Origin: an uncultured Acidobacteriota bacterium
GTDB taxonomy: Bacteria; Acidobacteriota; UBA6911
NCBI GenBank assembly: GCA_964474425.1
Contig: CAYYTC010000022.1
Coordinates: forward strand, 1,486-65,485
DNA length: 64,000 nt
Direction of reading: 5' to 3'
Shown: positions 9,208 through 20,479 of the stretch, in pieces
How positions within the stretch are numbered: the stretch's first letter is position 1
Layout: each line of letters begins with the position of its first letter
The notes under the pieces: generated by a model
Told to the model about the DNA's origin: nothing
Seen by the model: only the letters and a program-made list of their open reading frames with translations
The model's database searches: none
Position numbers and translations under genes: made by a program

Positions 9208-12200
9208 ATGGCAGACTCACCAAGGAAGGCAATTAGCAGGCGCTGGTTACGGCTGGCGGTGATCCTGCCGGCTGCGCTCCTCGCGATCCTGGCATCTGCC
9301 TTTTTCCTCATCCAGACCCAAGCCGCAAAAAGCGCCCTCTTCCGTCAGCTGCAAAAATACCTGCGCGAACATTCCGGGATCGAGCTGCAGGCATCCGGTT
9401 TCCGTGCGGACCTGATCCGAGGGGAGGCGAGCCTGGAGAATGTGACCCTCCGGCATGTTTCCGCGCCGGGGCTGCCTCCTTTATTCAAAGCAGCCCGCTT
9501 CTATGTGCGGGCGGATATTTCCCGGCTGATCCGGGGCTTCCGCGAAATCGAGGAACTGAGGGTGACGGCTCCCGAAGTTAATTATTTTACAGATCCGTAC
9601 GGCAAAACCAACCTGCCTCCGTCCAAATCCGGACCGGGATCCGATTACAATCTCTTTATCTTCCACGGCGAAGCAAACGATGGAGTTCTGAGGATCCGGG
9701 ACCTCCGCAGCGGGATTGATCTGCACCTTTCAAATTGTCAGGTATCCGCAGACGGGGACAGCGCCACACACGGCCACCGCTTCGCTTTTGCCATCGGGCA
9801 GGAATCTTCTCTCGGATATCAACAACACAAATTTCCCCTGCGCGGACTGACAATTCGGGCAGACCTGAAAAATACAGGCCTTCAGGTCCATTCCCTCGAA
9901 CTTGAGACGGATGGGATCCGGCTGTCGGCAGCCGGTCTATTGAGCAATTTGTCCAAACCGGTTATGGATCTGCAGATCGAGCCGGATTTGGATTTGAACA
10001 GAATCGGGAGCACTCTTGAACTGCCATCCGGGATTGAAGGCCATATCTCAGGAAACGTTTCCGTCAAGGGAACCCTCGAGGAACTTCAGATCGCGGCTCG
10101 GCTGAAAGGTTCTTCCGTCGGCGCAGGGGAGTATGGCCCTGCAAGTTTCAGCGGCACCGCGCTCGCCGAATGGCTCGCCGACTCCAAACGGTTGCGCATC
10201 CGGAACCTGGACCTTGATTCGGCCGGCGGGTCGATCAAGGGGAACTCGGAGTTGTTTTTTGCGCCCCAAGCGGGCGTCAACTCCATCGAGGCGAGCTTTC
10301 AAAACCTCGATCTTTTCCCACTGTGGAAGCTGCTGAAACCGCCCTTTGATCTGGCCAGCCGGGGCGCCGGACAGGCCGCATTTCGATGGAAGGGACCGTT
10401 TTCCGCCTCGAAAATATCAGGGAATGTCCACCTCAATCTCTCGGCGGCGCGCGCGGCTCCGGATCTGAACATCCTGCCCATTTCGGGGAAGATCGATGCG
10501 CAAATCCAATCGGGCCGCATCGAGGCAGGCTTGAATTCCATCGAGGTGCTCGAGTCTCAGGTAAGCGGCCGGATTTCCCTACGTTCTTTCAGGGAAATCG
10601 AGGGCGGCATCCGAGGGTACGCACCGAACACGAACGGCATGATGGCGCAGCTTTCCCGTTTCCTCGGCGGAAGCGGCAGTTTTTTGAGAGACCGCAGGAT
10701 AGAGGGTCCCGTCGAGTTCACCGCCCAAGCCAGCGGGAAACTAAAGCAGCCGAAGTTCATCATCTCCGCTGACGCCCCGGACCTGCAGATTGGGGGACTG
10801 AAAAGCACACGGGCAACTGCCGGAGCGACCATAGAAGGCTCCCACATCTCTTTCGACAGCATCCTCACCCTGCCCGGGGACGCGCTCTCTTCCGTCAAAG
10901 GAACGCTGGACCTTTCCGGAACCAAGCCTCTGCTGGACATGGAAGCGCGCGCCGACAGAATTCAGGCGGCCTCGATACTGTCCGTCCTTGGGAGCGAGGT
11001 GCCTTTGGAGGGCTATTTCGACGCAGGGCTGCATCTGAACGGGAATTTGGACAGCCTGACCGGTGCGGCTCAGGTTGCAGGCAGCGCATTGTTCCTATAC
11101 GGGGAACCGCTCGGGCGACTGAATGCAAACCTGGAGGTTTCCGGTACAAAATTACAGTCCACTCAAATCACGTTGCATAAGGATCCGCAAATCCCCGGGG
11201 TCGGCGTCCTCGAAGCAAACTTCGCCTACGACCTGGAGTCCGGCCAATTCGAGTTTCAGGCCGACGGGAAGGACATGGCCATCACTCAGCTCAAGCTTCC
11301 CGGCGGATACCCGGTGGAAGGAATTTTTTCGGTTGCTGCCTCGGGGACCGGAACGCTTGCGCAACCCTCGATGGATATCAGGCTGACTACCGGCGAGGCT
11401 CAAGTCCGACACATGCCTCTCGGGCCCCTATTCATCGAGGGTTCCCTGAGGGAGGGACAGCTTACGGTCGGCGCCTCCGCTCCACGTTACAATATCGACT
11501 CCACCGCTCAAATCGCGGTCCGTGTTCCTTATCCTTACAGCGGCGAAATAAGGCTTGGAAATTCCGACCTGTCGCTGCTTGGTTTGAGGGGAGCGAACGG
11601 GCAGCTCCTGTCGGGAACCCTAGGAGCTCTGATCACCGGCTCAGGGGAGCTGACCGACGCTTCAAATGCGCGCGTTTCCGCCCGAATCGAGGAGCTGGGC
11701 TTGCAGGCCGGAGCGCTGAACATCCGAACCAGGGGCATCATTACTGCGGAATACCGGGACGGTTCGATTGAAATCAGCCCTGGCGCAACCCTCGCCAGCG
11801 GGAATTCAACCCTTCAGATAGCCGGAAGGGTGCCGCTCAGGCAGACGGCCCCGGACGGCACACTGACTCTCAAGGGCGAGCTTGATTTAGCTCAGGCTGC
11901 CGGATTTGCTCCAACAACGAAGGGATTCAAAGTCGCCGGCATCATGAAACTCGAGCTTTCCCTGTCGGGAAATCCTCGAAACCTGAGCGGTGAGGGCCGC
12001 ATAGCGCTGGCCGGCGGCACCATGAATTTGCCCGGGATTTCAACGCCGCTGACCGACATGCGGCTCAGAGCAGACCTTAAAGAGGGAGCCCTCATTCTGC
12101 AGCAGGCTGAAGCCGCCTGGGGTGACGGAAAAATCGCTTTGACAGGCGAATATCCACTGGGTCTGCTGCCTCAGAATGTCCCTGTTCAGTTCATGCGCAA

Positions 12201-15200
12201 GCAAGGTCCTGCCAGCTTCACTTTGGATCTGACGGGCATCCGGCCCGAGTCAACCGGATTGCTTCCGCCGGGTGTCACGGGATTGGTATCCCTGCGCGCC
12301 GCCGTCAAGGCGGCAAGCCCGGACCTGCGCGCGCTCGACGCCAGGATCGACTTCGGAGAACTGAGCCTGAAGGTCAAGGGGATCCCTCTGAGCCAGGCAG
12401 CGCCGTCCGCAATTGTTGTCCGCGATGGGATAGCCTCCATTTCAAGTTTCTCGCTGAACGGGCCCGACACACGCATTGATGCAAGCGGGTCGGCAGGCAT
12501 TCTTCCGGACGGCCCGTTGAACATCCGGCTGTCCGGGAACGTGGATGCCGGGCTGCTTTCGCTGGTGAAGGACCTGAAAGCGGCCGGGAAACTTGAAGTC
12601 CAGGTTGTCACAGCCGGCACCTTGAAGTCCCCCACCTTCTCCGGGCAGGCCGGAATGGACGGCGGGAGATTGAGCCTCCGGGCTCCCCGCGTCGTGGCCG
12701 ACAGCCTGACTGTCCGCCTTGGCTTCACTCCGGACAAGATATCCATTCGTCAGTTTTCCGGCACCCTCAACGGCGGGACCGTGGACGCGAAGGGCACGAT
12801 TGGGTATCGCCACGGAGCATTGAACGCTTTCGACGTAAAAATAAATTTCCAGGATTTTTTCCTCGACTTTCCGGAAGGCCTGAAATCCGCTTCCAATGGA
12901 AATCTCACGATCACCTCCTCGGAAGAGTCAATCCTGGCCAGCGGAGATGTTCAGGTATTGGAAAGCTCCTACAGGGAATCTTTCGCAGTCGGCGGCCAGC
13001 TGATGAGCTACCTCAAGTCACAGCAAATCATCGAGGAAAGCGGCACAACCGACTCCATCCTGGACAGCCTGCGCCTCAACATCAATCTAAAAGCCGATAC
13101 GCCGCTGCTGGTTCAGAACAACATAGCCAAAGTGGAAGCGGACGCCAATCTCAAGCTGGTGGGCACCTTCCGCGAGCCCTCCCTGATCGGGAGAGCGGAT
13201 CTCTATGAGGGGGGCGAGATCATTCTGAATCAGCGCATATACTATATCAAGCGGGGCATCGTCACGCTGAACAACCAGATGCGGATCGAGCCCGAGCTCG
13301 ATGTGCAGGCCCAGACCACGGTGGGCGATTACAGCATCACCCTCCAATTGACCGGCGTGCCCGAAAGGCTGCTGACCACGTTGACATCCGAACCCTCGCT
13401 CTCGGAACCTGACATAATGTCGTTGCTTCTCACGGGCAAGACATCTTCGGATGTGGAGGGGCAGGGCAAGGAAATCCATATGGCCCAGACACAGGCCTTG
13501 TCGCTGCTTGCGGGACAGGCCGGTGAGGAACTCACGCGAGGCGCCCGGCAGGCGCTGCACCTCAGCACCCTCCGGATCGATCCGGGATTAATCGCGGCCG
13601 AATCGGATGCGGGAGCACGGTTAACCCTTGGAGAAGACATAACCAGGGATCTGAGCTTCATGTACTCCATGAACCTCGTCAATGGAGGCGACCAGATCTG
13701 GGCAGCCCAATATCAAATCGTGCCGAGGTTCACCACACAGACCACCCGGCAGGCGGACAACAGCTACCGGTTTGAATTCCGGCACGACCTGCATCTTGGG
13801 GGCGCAGCCGGATCCAAGCCTGTAAAAAAAGCCAGGAAATTCGTCATCGGCTCCATTGAATTTCAGGGCGGATCCCCATACTCCGAAAAGGACTTCCGGA
13901 ACCGGCTGAAAATCAAACCCGGCGACAAGTACGATTTCCAGAAAGTTCAGAATGGGCTGGACCGCCTGCAGGAGTTCATGGCCGATGAGAAGAGGCTGGA
14001 AGCGGATATCCGGCTTCACCGGGAAACGCGGCAGCAGACGATAGACCTGCAGCTGAACATCGATCCGGGACCCGTCGTGGAGTTTTTCTTTGAAGGCGTG
14101 TCCGTCTCTAAGGAAACACAGCAGAAGGTCGAGCAGGCCTGGCGCGATGGTGTTTTCAGCATAGAAAGGCTGGACGAAGCAATCCTAGCAATACGCAGAC
14201 CGCTTCTGCGGATCGGATTCCTGCAAGCCGAAGTGACCTACCGTCTGGAGGAGGAGCAAAGGATTCATGTGTTTTTCAACATAACGCCGGGACCTCGATT
14301 CACCGGCATCCAGCTCTTCTTCCCGGGCGCTTCGGAGATCAGCGCCGCAGAGTTGGACAAGACACTGGACCTGGCGGATTTGAAGCTGGAAATCCATGCC
14401 GATCCGCAAAGAGTTGTGGATTACGTGACAAAATACTACCGCGAGCGCGGCTACCTGCAAGCCCGCGTGGAAACGCCCCAGGCAATGCTGGATTCGGAGA
14501 CCGGAACGGGGAAGATCGAAATGCCGATCCAGGAAGGGCCCCTGTTCCTGATAGGCAATCTGGACTTCAAGGGGAACAGATCCTTTGACTACGATCAACT
14601 CTGGAGCGTGATCCCGACTTCAAGCGGCAGCAGCTACGATCCCAATACGCTGCGCGATGCGCTCCGCGCAATCGAGGGCCTCTATCACAAAAAAGGATAC
14701 AACGACGTAACAAGCACATTCCGTGTCGTCCAGGATTCGAAGGCAGCCCGGGCTCATCTCACATTCGAAATCAATGAGCACCGCCAGTCGGTCATCCGCG
14801 ACATCGTCGTCGAGGGGAACAGGGAAACGAGCGACGGCTTTATCCTGAAACAGCTGGGATTCCAGTCCGGGGAAGCCCTGGATTTCCTGAAGATCAACGA
14901 AACACGGAAGCGTCTCTATGATACGGGTGTTTACACGCTGGTGGACTTCCAGACTGAGGAGATTTCCCCATCCGCGCCCGATCCCGCGGTGAAGGATGTG
15001 CGCGTCCGCATACGGGTCGAGGAAATCAGGCCGTATCGATTGCAGTATGGATTTTTTTACGATACGGACCGCGGGGTAGGAGGCCTTTTTGAAGCGCAGC
15101 ATCGCAACCTGCTGGGCCAAGCTTCGAATCTCGGGCTCCGGCTCCGCCTGGACACGGACTTGAAGGAAGGCCGTATATACTTTCACCAGCCGTTTATCTC

Positions 15201-16074
15201 GAAAATTCATATCAAGACCGATGCCACGGCTTTCGCGCTCAGGGAAGTTCGGGAGGCCTTTTCAGCCCGGAGGGTCGGTTTTTCCCTGACGCGGGAGGAA
15301 AAATTTCCCAAGGAATATCTTTTCACCTACGGCTACCGGTACGACCACGTTCGATGGAACGGGCTTCCACCCGATCCGCAGTATTTTCAAGCCAGCGATC
15401 CCGTGGCCCGGGTTCTCGCAACACTGACACGGGATACGAGGGACAGCATCCTCGATGCAACGCGGGGCGAATTTTCGTCGCATAGCCTCGAGTTCGGACC
15501 CGAGTGGCTGGGATCGGAAACAGGTTTCATCCGCTATTACGGCCAGTATTTTAGGTATGTGCCGCTTGACAAGATGCTGAATATCCCCCTCAGAGACAAA
15601 AGGGGACAGCCGGTCGCTCCAAAACTGATCTACGCAGGCGGCCTTCGGCTCGGGCTGACATCGGCGTTCAATCACAAAACTCTCATTTCCCCGGAGCGAT
15701 TTTTCGCCGGAGGCGGCACGACCATGAGAGGGTTCGAGCAGGACGGCCTGGGGCCGCAGGAAAACGCGGGAACCCCTGACAATCCCATTTGGAGGCCGAC
15801 CGGCGGCGAGGCCATGTTCCTGTTCAACAACGAGCTGCGATTCCCGATCTTCGGCATCCTGCACGGAGTCGGCTTTTTGGACATAGGAAATGTCTATCCG
15901 CGGGTTACCGATTTCGATTTCAGCATGCGCAAAACGGCGGGCATCGGCCTGCGCCTCAAGATCAAGTTCATCCCTCTGCGCTTCGATTACGGGTGGAAGC
16001 TTGACCGCCGCACGGGACAGGAGCCCAGGGAAAACCGGGGGGCCTTTTTCTTCAGCATCGGCCAGGCCTTTTAG
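9208..16074 (+). CDS. Single-polypeptide fusion of a TamB-like translocation/assembly protein (signal-anchor, long beta-rich region, C-terminal DUF490) to a TamA/BamA-like Omp85 protein (POTRA repeats plus 16-strand beta-barrel)
   Basis: Continuous 2288-codon ORF. N-terminal signal anchor RRWLRLAVILPAALLAILASAFFLI. Repetitive TamB-like beta-rich middle. DUF490-like C-terminal region (...EPDIMSLLLTGK...DLSFMYSMNL...IWAAQYQIVPRF...YRFEFRHDL). Then a 15-aa linker (HLGGAAGSKPVKKARK) with no stop or signal peptide. Then POTRA-like units (FVIGSIEFQGG...; IGNLDFKGNRSF...; IRDIVVEGNRETSDGFIL...). Then an Omp85 barrel ending in the classic beta-signal ...GIGLRLKIKFIPLRFDYGWKL...FFFSIGQAF. Confidence 0.8.
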   Translation: MADSPRKAISRRWLRLAVILPAALLAILASAFFLIQTQAAKSALFRQLQKYLREHSGIELQASGFRADLIRGEASLENVTLRHVSAPGLPPLFKAARFYVRADISRLIRGFREIEELRVTAPEVNYFTDPYGKTNLPPSKSGPGSDYNLFIFHGEANDGVLRIRDLRSGIDLHLSNCQVSADGDSATHGHRFAFAIGQESSLGYQQHKFPLRGLTIRADLKNTGLQVHSLELETDGIRLSAAGLLSNLSKPVMDLQIEPDLDLNRIGSTLELPSGIEGHISGNVSVKGTLEELQIAARLKGSSVGAGEYGPASFSGTALAEWLADSKRLRIRNLDLDSAGGSIKGNSELFFAPQAGVNSIEASFQNLDLFPLWKLLKPPFDLASRGAGQAAFRWKGPFSASKISGNVHLNLSAARAAPDLNILPISGKIDAQIQSGRIEAGLNSIEVLESQVSGRISLRSFREIEGGIRGYAPNTNGMMAQLSRFLGGSGSFLRDRRIEGPVEFTAQASGKLKQPKFIISADAPDLQIGGLKSTRATAGATIEGSHISFDSILTLPGDALSSVKGTLDLSGTKPLLDMEARADRIQAASILSVLGSEVPLEGYFDAGLHLNGNLDSLTGAAQVAGSALFLYGEPLGRLNANLEVSGTKLQSTQITLHKDPQIPGVGVLEANFAYDLESGQFEFQADGKDMAITQLKLPGGYPVEGIFSVAASGTGTLAQPSMDIRLTTGEAQVRHMPLGPLFIEGSLREGQLTVGASAPRYNIDSTAQIAVRVPYPYSGEIRLGNSDLSLLGLRGANGQLLSGTLGALITGSGELTDASNARVSARIEELGLQAGALNIRTRGIITAEYRDGSIEISPGATLASGNSTLQIAGRVPLRQTAPDGTLTLKGELDLAQAAGFAPTTKGFKVAGIMKLELSLSGNPRNLSGEGRIALAGGTMNLPGISTPLTDMRLRADLKEGALILQQAEAAWGDGKIALTGEYPLGLLPQNVPVQFMRKQGPASFTLDLTGIRPESTGLLPPGVTGLVSLRAAVKAASPDLRALDARIDFGELSLKVKGIPLSQAAPSAIVVRDGIASISSFSLNGPDTRIDASGSAGILPDGPLNIRLSGNVDAGLLSLVKDLKAAGKLEVQVVTAGTLKSPTFSGQAGMDGGRLSLRAPRVVADSLTVRLGFTPDKISIRQFSGTLNGGTVDAKGTIGYRHGALNAFDVKINFQDFFLDFPEGLKSASNGNLTITSSEESILASGDVQVLESSYRESFAVGGQLMSYLKSQQIIEESGTTDSILDSLRLNINLKADTPLLVQNNIAKVEADANLKLVGTFREPSLIGRADLYEGGEIILNQRIYYIKRGIVTLNNQMRIEPELDVQAQTTVGDYSITLQLTGVPERLLTTLTSEPSLSEPDIMSLLLTGKTSSDVEGQGKEIHMAQTQALSLLAGQAGEELTRGARQALHLSTLRIDPGLIAAESDAGARLTLGEDITRDLSFMYSMNLVNGGDQIWAAQYQIVPRFTTQTTRQADNSYRFEFRHDLHLGGAAGSKPVKKARKFVIGSIEFQGGSPYSEKDFRNRLKIKPGDKYDFQKVQNGLDRLQEFMADEKRLEADIRLHRETRQQTIDLQLNIDPGPVVEFFFEGVSVSKETQQKVEQAWRDGVFSIERLDEAILAIRRPLLRIGFLQAEVTYRLEEEQRIHVFFNITPGPRFTGIQLFFPGASEISAAELDKTLDLADLKLEIHADPQRVVDYVTKYYRERGYLQARVETPQAMLDSETGTGKIEMPIQEGPLFLIGNLDFKGNRSFDYDQLWSVIPTSSGSSYDPNTLRDALRAIEGLYHKKGYNDVTSTFRVVQDSKAARAHLTFEINEHRQSVIRDIVVEGNRETSDGFILKQLGFQSGEALDFLKINETRKRLYDTGVYTLVDFQTEEISPSAPDPAVKDVRVRIRVEEIRPYRLQYGFFYDTDRGVGGLFEAQHRNLLGQASNLGLRLRLDTDLKEGRIYFHQPFISKIHIKTDATAFALREVREAFSARRVGFSLTREEKFPKEYLFTYGYRYDHVRWNGLPPDPQYFQASDPVARVLATLTRDTRDSILDATRGEFSSHSLEFGPEWLGSETGFIRYYGQYFRYVPLDKMLNIPLRDKRGQPVAPKLIYAGGLRLGLTSAFNHKTLISPERFFAGGGTTMRGFEQDGLGPQENAGTPDNPIWRPTGGEAMFLFNNELRFPIFGILHGVGFLDIGNVYPRVTDFDFSMRKTAGIGLRLKIKFIPLRFDYGWKLDRRTGQEPRENRGAFFFSIGQAF

Positions 16075-16212
16075 CCGGCATTCCTCCCGCGATTTCGAAA
16101 CGAGGCGGCACGATAGGGCGTGGATCCGAATTGCATGGTTTTTGAAAAGAACCCTCAGGACCCAATGGGCTGCCGGTCCCAGAACATCCCAAAACGGCCG
16201 TCATCCCTTAGC

Positions 16213-16250
16213 CCCTCCGATCCTCCGATCCTTTGATCCTTTGATCCTTC
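16213..16250. repeat. Octamer tandem repeat (CTCCGATC/CTTTGATC) x4, the reverse complement of the GGATCARA array at 62423
   Basis: cctccgatcctccgatcctttgatcctttgatcctt, lying between the convergent stops of the TamB-Omp85 gene and gcvP. Confidence 0.7.
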
Positions 16251-16272
16251 CCCAAGCTGCCCGGCCTGCGGA

Positions 16273-19161
16273 CTACTTTTGATATTCCTCGACCGGAGGA
16301 CAGACACACACCGGGTTGCGGTCCCCGTAAACGTTGTCGATCCGCCCCACCGGCGGCCAGAATTTATGCTCGCGCGTCCACGGCGCAGGGAAGGCCGCCT
16401 CCTGACGAGTATACGGATGATGCCACGCCTCGACCAACAGGGACGCGGCACTGTGCGGCGCATTTTTGAGCAGATTATCCTGCGGATCCGCTTTGCCCTG
16501 TTCTATCGCGGAAATTTCGCCGCGTATCGCGATCATCGCTTCGCAGAAACGGTCGAGCTCCTCCCTGGACTCGCTCTCGGTCGGCTCGACCATCATGGTG
16601 CCCGGGACGGGGAAAGAGACTGTCGGAGCGTGAAAACCATAATCCATTAACCGCTTTGCCACATCATCGACCTCGACGCCCGCGCTTTTTTTCAAAGCCC
16701 GCAAATCCAGGATGCACTCATGGGCGACAAATCCGCGCGCGCCCTTGTACAGGACCGGGTAGTAGGGATCGAGTCTCTTTGCCATGTAATTGGCGTTGAG
16801 AATTGCGTAGCAGGTGGCCTCTTTAAGGCCTTCGGCGCCCATCAAGTCGATGTAGGCCCAGGAAATGGGCAGAATGCCGGCGCTGCCCCAGGGTGCGGAA
16901 GAAACGGCTCCTACTCCGTCCTTGCCGCCGGTCGCGATGACAGAATGCGAGGGCAGATAGTCCGCCAGATGGGACGCGACCGCTATGGGGCCGATGCCGG
17001 GGCCTCCGCCGCCGTGCGGGATGCTGAAGGTTTTATGAAGGTTCAAATGGCACACGTCCGCGCCGATTTCCGCGGGGCGGCACACACCCACCTGTGCATT
17101 CATGTTGGCGCCGTCCATGTAGACCTGGCCGCCGGCGGCATGGACGACCGCGCAGATCTCCCGGATGGCCTCTTCGAAAACGCCGTGCGTGGAAGGATAC
17201 GTGACCATGAGCGCGGCCAGCGTTTTCTGGTGCTTCGCGGCTTTATCCTTGAGATCCGCCAGATCGATGTTGCCGTTTTCGTCGCAGGCCACGACCACAA
17301 CCTTCAATCCGGCCATTACGGCGCTGGCAGGATTTGTTCCGTGGGCCGATTGTGGGATAAGACAGATGTCCCGATTCCCTTCTCCCCGCTTTTCGTGATA
17401 TCTGCGGATCACCAGGAGCCCGGAATATTCGCCCTGCGAGCCGGCATTCGGCTGGAGGGAAACAGCCGGCAACCCGGTTATCTCGCCGAGCCAGTCCTGC
17501 AACTGGTTAAAGATCTGCTGATACCCTCTCGCCTGGTCCGGCGGCGCGAATGGATGGATTCTGCCGAATTCCGGCCAGGTGATCGGAACCATCTCCGCAG
17601 TCGCATTGAGCTTCATCGTGCAGGAGCCAAGGGGAATCATCGATGTATTGAGCGCAAGGTCCCGGCTTTCCAGGCGGTGCACGTAGCGCAGGAATTCCGT
17701 TTCCGAGCGATGGCGGTGAAACACCGGGTGCGTGAGATAGGAACTGCTGCGCGCAAGCGGTTCCGGGTATTCCGGCGCAGCCTGATTCATCAGTTCATCC
17801 AGCTCGAGGGGCGCCGGACCGGGCGGCGCAAAAACCGAAAACAGATCCGTAAGATCCCCGTCTGATGCTGTCTCGTTCAGGCTGATGCCGATTGCCGTTT
17901 CATTCAAGCGGCGCAGGTTCATGCCCCGCTGTTGAGCCAGCTCCAGCAGCCGCTCCGTATCCCGCGGACCGGTTTCCACCCTCAAAGTGTCGAAGAAAGG
18001 ATCCGGCCCGATTTTATAGCCAAGTCTTTTCAATCCCCGGCCAAGAACTTCTGCAAGAAAATGGATGCGCCGGGCGATCCCCTTCAGCCCATCCGGACCG
18101 TGATATACGGCATACATGCTTGCCATGATTGCCAGCAAAACCTGTGCGGTGCAGATGTTGCTCGTGGCTTTATCGCGGCGGATGTGCTGCTCCCGGGTCT
18201 GCAGGGCCAGGCGGACGGCAGGGTTTCCCGATACGTCTTTGGATAAGCCGACGATGCGTCCCGGCATCTGCCTTTTGTAGCTATCGCGTGTCGCAAAAAA
18301 TGCGGCATGCGGCCCGCCGTACCCCAGGGGGACGCCGAAACGCTGCGAATTCCCGACCGCTATGTCCGCCCCGAATTCCCCGGGCGGGCGAAGCAGCGTC
18401 AGCGCCAGCAGGTCGGCGGCAACCGTGACCAGAGCGCCTGCCTGATGCGCGCGGTCCACAAATCCGGAGTAGTCCAAAATGGCGCCGTCGCTTGCCGGAT
18501 ATTGCAGCAGTGCGCCGAAAACGGACGGGGTAAAATCAAAGGTCGTATGATCCCCGACTATGACCTGAAATCCCCGAGCGCGGGCGCGCGTCCGGACTAC
18601 CTCCATCGTCTGGGGATGACACGCCTCCGAAACAAAAAATGCGTCGCCCTCGGTTCTGGAAAGGCTGTAGCTCATGCTCATCGCCTCTGCCGCTGCGGTT
18701 CCCTCGTCCAGAAGCGACGCGTTGGCGATATCGAGAGCCGTCAGGTCGGCTATCATCGTCTGAAAATTCAAAAGAGCTTCGAGCCGTCCCTGCGCAATCT
18801 CCGCCTGATACGGAGTGTATTGCGTATACCATCCCGGATTTTCGAGGATGTTCCGCTGAATAACAGGCGGGGTGATACAGTCGTGATACCCCATGCCGAT
18901 AAATGAACGAAGGATCCGGTTTTGCAAAGCCACCTTTCGCAGCCGCTCCAGCATCGAATATTCACTGTGAGGGCCGTCGATATGAAGGGGTTCCGGCAGG
19001 CGGATGGACGGGGGAACCGTTTTTTCAATCAAGGCTTCCATCCCGGTCAGCCCCAGGAAATCCAGCATCTCCCGGGCATCATCCGGCCTGGGCCCTATAT
19101 GCCGGCGGACAAACAAATCGGAAGCTTCCTGAGCATTCCCAGCAATATTTTTTGGCGGCAT
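16273..19161 (-). CDS. gcvP: Glycine dehydrogenase (decarboxylating), single-chain P-protein of the glycine cleavage system
   Basis: ~960 aa with full-length GcvP-like sequence (PLP-lysine region ...[15 protein letters not shown]...). Start chosen at the ATG 19161 with a GGGGA RBS. Confidence 0.9.
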   Translation of the reverse strand: MPPKNIAGNAQEASDLFVRRHIGPRPDDAREMLDFLGLTGMEALIEKTVPPSIRLPEPLHIDGPHSEYSMLERLRKVALQNRILRSFIGMGYHDCITPPVIQRNILENPGWYTQYTPYQAEIAQGRLEALLNFQTMIADLTALDIANASLLDEGTAAAEAMSMSYSLSRTEGDAFFVSEACHPQTMEVVRTRARARGFQVIVGDHTTFDFTPSVFGALLQYPASDGAILDYSGFVDRAHQAGALVTVAADLLALTLLRPPGEFGADIAVGNSQRFGVPLGYGGPHAAFFATRDSYKRQMPGRIVGLSKDVSGNPAVRLALQTREQHIRRDKATSNICTAQVLLAIMASMYAVYHGPDGLKGIARRIHFLAEVLGRGLKRLGYKIGPDPFFDTLRVETGPRDTERLLELAQQRGMNLRRLNETAIGISLNETASDGDLTDLFSVFAPPGPAPLELDELMNQAAPEYPEPLARSSSYLTHPVFHRHRSETEFLRYVHRLESRDLALNTSMIPLGSCTMKLNATAEMVPITWPEFGRIHPFAPPDQARGYQQIFNQLQDWLGEITGLPAVSLQPNAGSQGEYSGLLVIRRYHEKRGEGNRDICLIPQSAHGTNPASAVMAGLKVVVVACDENGNIDLADLKDKAAKHQKTLAALMVTYPSTHGVFEEAIREICAVVHAAGGQVYMDGANMNAQVGVCRPAEIGADVCHLNLHKTFSIPHGGGGPGIGPIAVASHLADYLPSHSVIATGGKDGVGAVSSAPWGSAGILPISWAYIDLMGAEGLKEATCYAILNANYMAKRLDPYYPVLYKGARGFVAHECILDLRALKKSAGVEVDDVAKRLMDYGFHAPTVSFPVPGTMMVEPTESESREELDRFCEAMIAIRGEISAIEQGKADPQDNLLKNAPHSAASLLVEAWHHPYTRQEAAFPAPWTREHKFWPPVGRIDNVYGDRNPVCVCPPVEEYQK

Positions 19162-19339
19162 CGTCATCCCCAATGATAAAGGATTGTCTTCTTAAATCCT
19201 GCGACGTGAATAATTAGCACTTTCCTATGCCGCAAGCAAACCCTGAATGTTTCGATGCCGCTCAGGCACGCTATTCTTGACCGCAGAGGCGCGGAGTTCG
19301 CAGAGATAGCAGAGATAAAGGTTGCACGGGTCAGGGCCG

Positions 19340-20479
19340 CTATTCGAACTGCAGGTTGCGCTCGAAATCCGCGGCAGAGGTGGCGGCGGCCTTGGCAGTT
19401 TCCAGGCTGATCAGTTCCTTGCGGTAGAGATCGGTCAGATGCTGATCGAAGGTTTGCATTTTATATAGCTCGTGCCCCTTCTCGATATATTCCTTGATCA
19501 TGTAGGTCTTTGCGGCGTCGGCAACGCATTCCTGGATGGTTTTGGTCTGGCGCATCACCTCGCAGGCCACTACGCGCCCGGTGCCGTCCGCCCTTTGAAG
19601 CAGCCGCTGGGAAATGACCGCCAGCAGCGTTTCGCTCAACCTTAATCGCGCCGAAGCCTGCTCCGAGGGATCGAAAACGCTCAGGATTCTGGAAATGGTC
19701 CTGGGTGCATCCGTGGTGTGAACGGTGGATAACACCAGGTGTCCCGTTTCCGCAGCCTTGATCGCAATGTCGATGGTTTCCTTATCGCGCATCTCGCCGA
19801 CCAGAATTATGTCCGGGTCCTGGCGCAGTGCAGCCCGCAGAGCCTTGGCAAAGCTCTCCGTGTCGGATCCACACTCGCGCTGAGCGATGCTGCATTTGTC
19901 GTCCCGGTAGAGGAATTCAATGGGATCCTCGATGGTGACGATCTTGCAGTTCTTGTTCTGGTTTATGAGATTGATCATGGCGGCCAGGGTTGTGGATTTG
20001 CCGCTGCCTGTTATTCCCGTCACGAGAACCAGGCCGCGCTCCGCCATGGCAATTTCCGCCAGCACAGGAGGAAGCCCGAGTCCCTCGATTGTGGGAAGCA
20101 CATATGGGATATGGCGAAGAACAAGGGCCAAGGAACGGCGCTGGCTGGCGATGTTGACCCGGTACCGACCGAGCCCCGGCACAGAATAAGAACAGTCGTA
20201 ATCGGTAAGGCTTTCCACTGTTTGGGCAAGGCTTTCCCTGGAGCATTTGCGTCCCGAAAGCAGTATGCCTCCGGCAATGGCGGCAATTTCGCTGGGCGTC
20301 AGCGGTCCGGCCTCCGGGAGGGGTATCAGTTTCCCAAGGACACGGATCCTGAAGCCGCTTCCAACCGATATATGAAGATCGCTGGCCTCTTTTTCCGCCA
20401 TGATCCTCAGGACGCTGTTAAAGCGCTCAAACGCGTTGAGCGGGGCCCGGTATTCAGCCTGTATGCTCGCAGTTGACAT
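19340..20479 (-). CDS. pilT: Type IV pilus retraction ATPase PilT (twitching motility)
   Basis: Walker A GITGSGKST. PilT/PilU family core with His-box. Start at the ATG 20479, preceded by AGGAGG. Confidence 0.85.
   Translation of the reverse strand: MSTASIQAEYRAPLNAFERFNSVLRIMAEKEASDLHISVGSGFRIRVLGKLIPLPEAGPLTPSEIAAIAGGILLSGRKCSRESLAQTVESLTDYDCSYSVPGLGRYRVNIASQRRSLALVLRHIPYVLPTIEGLGLPPVLAEIAMAERGLVLVTGITGSGKSTTLAAMINLINQNKNCKIVTIEDPIEFLYRDDKCSIAQRECGSDTESFAKALRAALRQDPDIILVGEMRDKETIDIAIKAAETGHLVLSTVHTTDAPRTISRILSVFDPSEQASARLRLSETLLAVISQRLLQRADGTGRVVACEVMRQTKTIQECVADAAKTYMIKEYIEKGHELYKMQTFDQHLTDLYRKELISLETAKAAATSAADFERNLQFE

Noticed and set aside
19174-19339. Possible glycine riboswitch upstream of gcvP
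   Set aside because: I read the minus-strand leader and found no GGAGAG...CACCGAAGG-type aptamer core. No riboswitch call.
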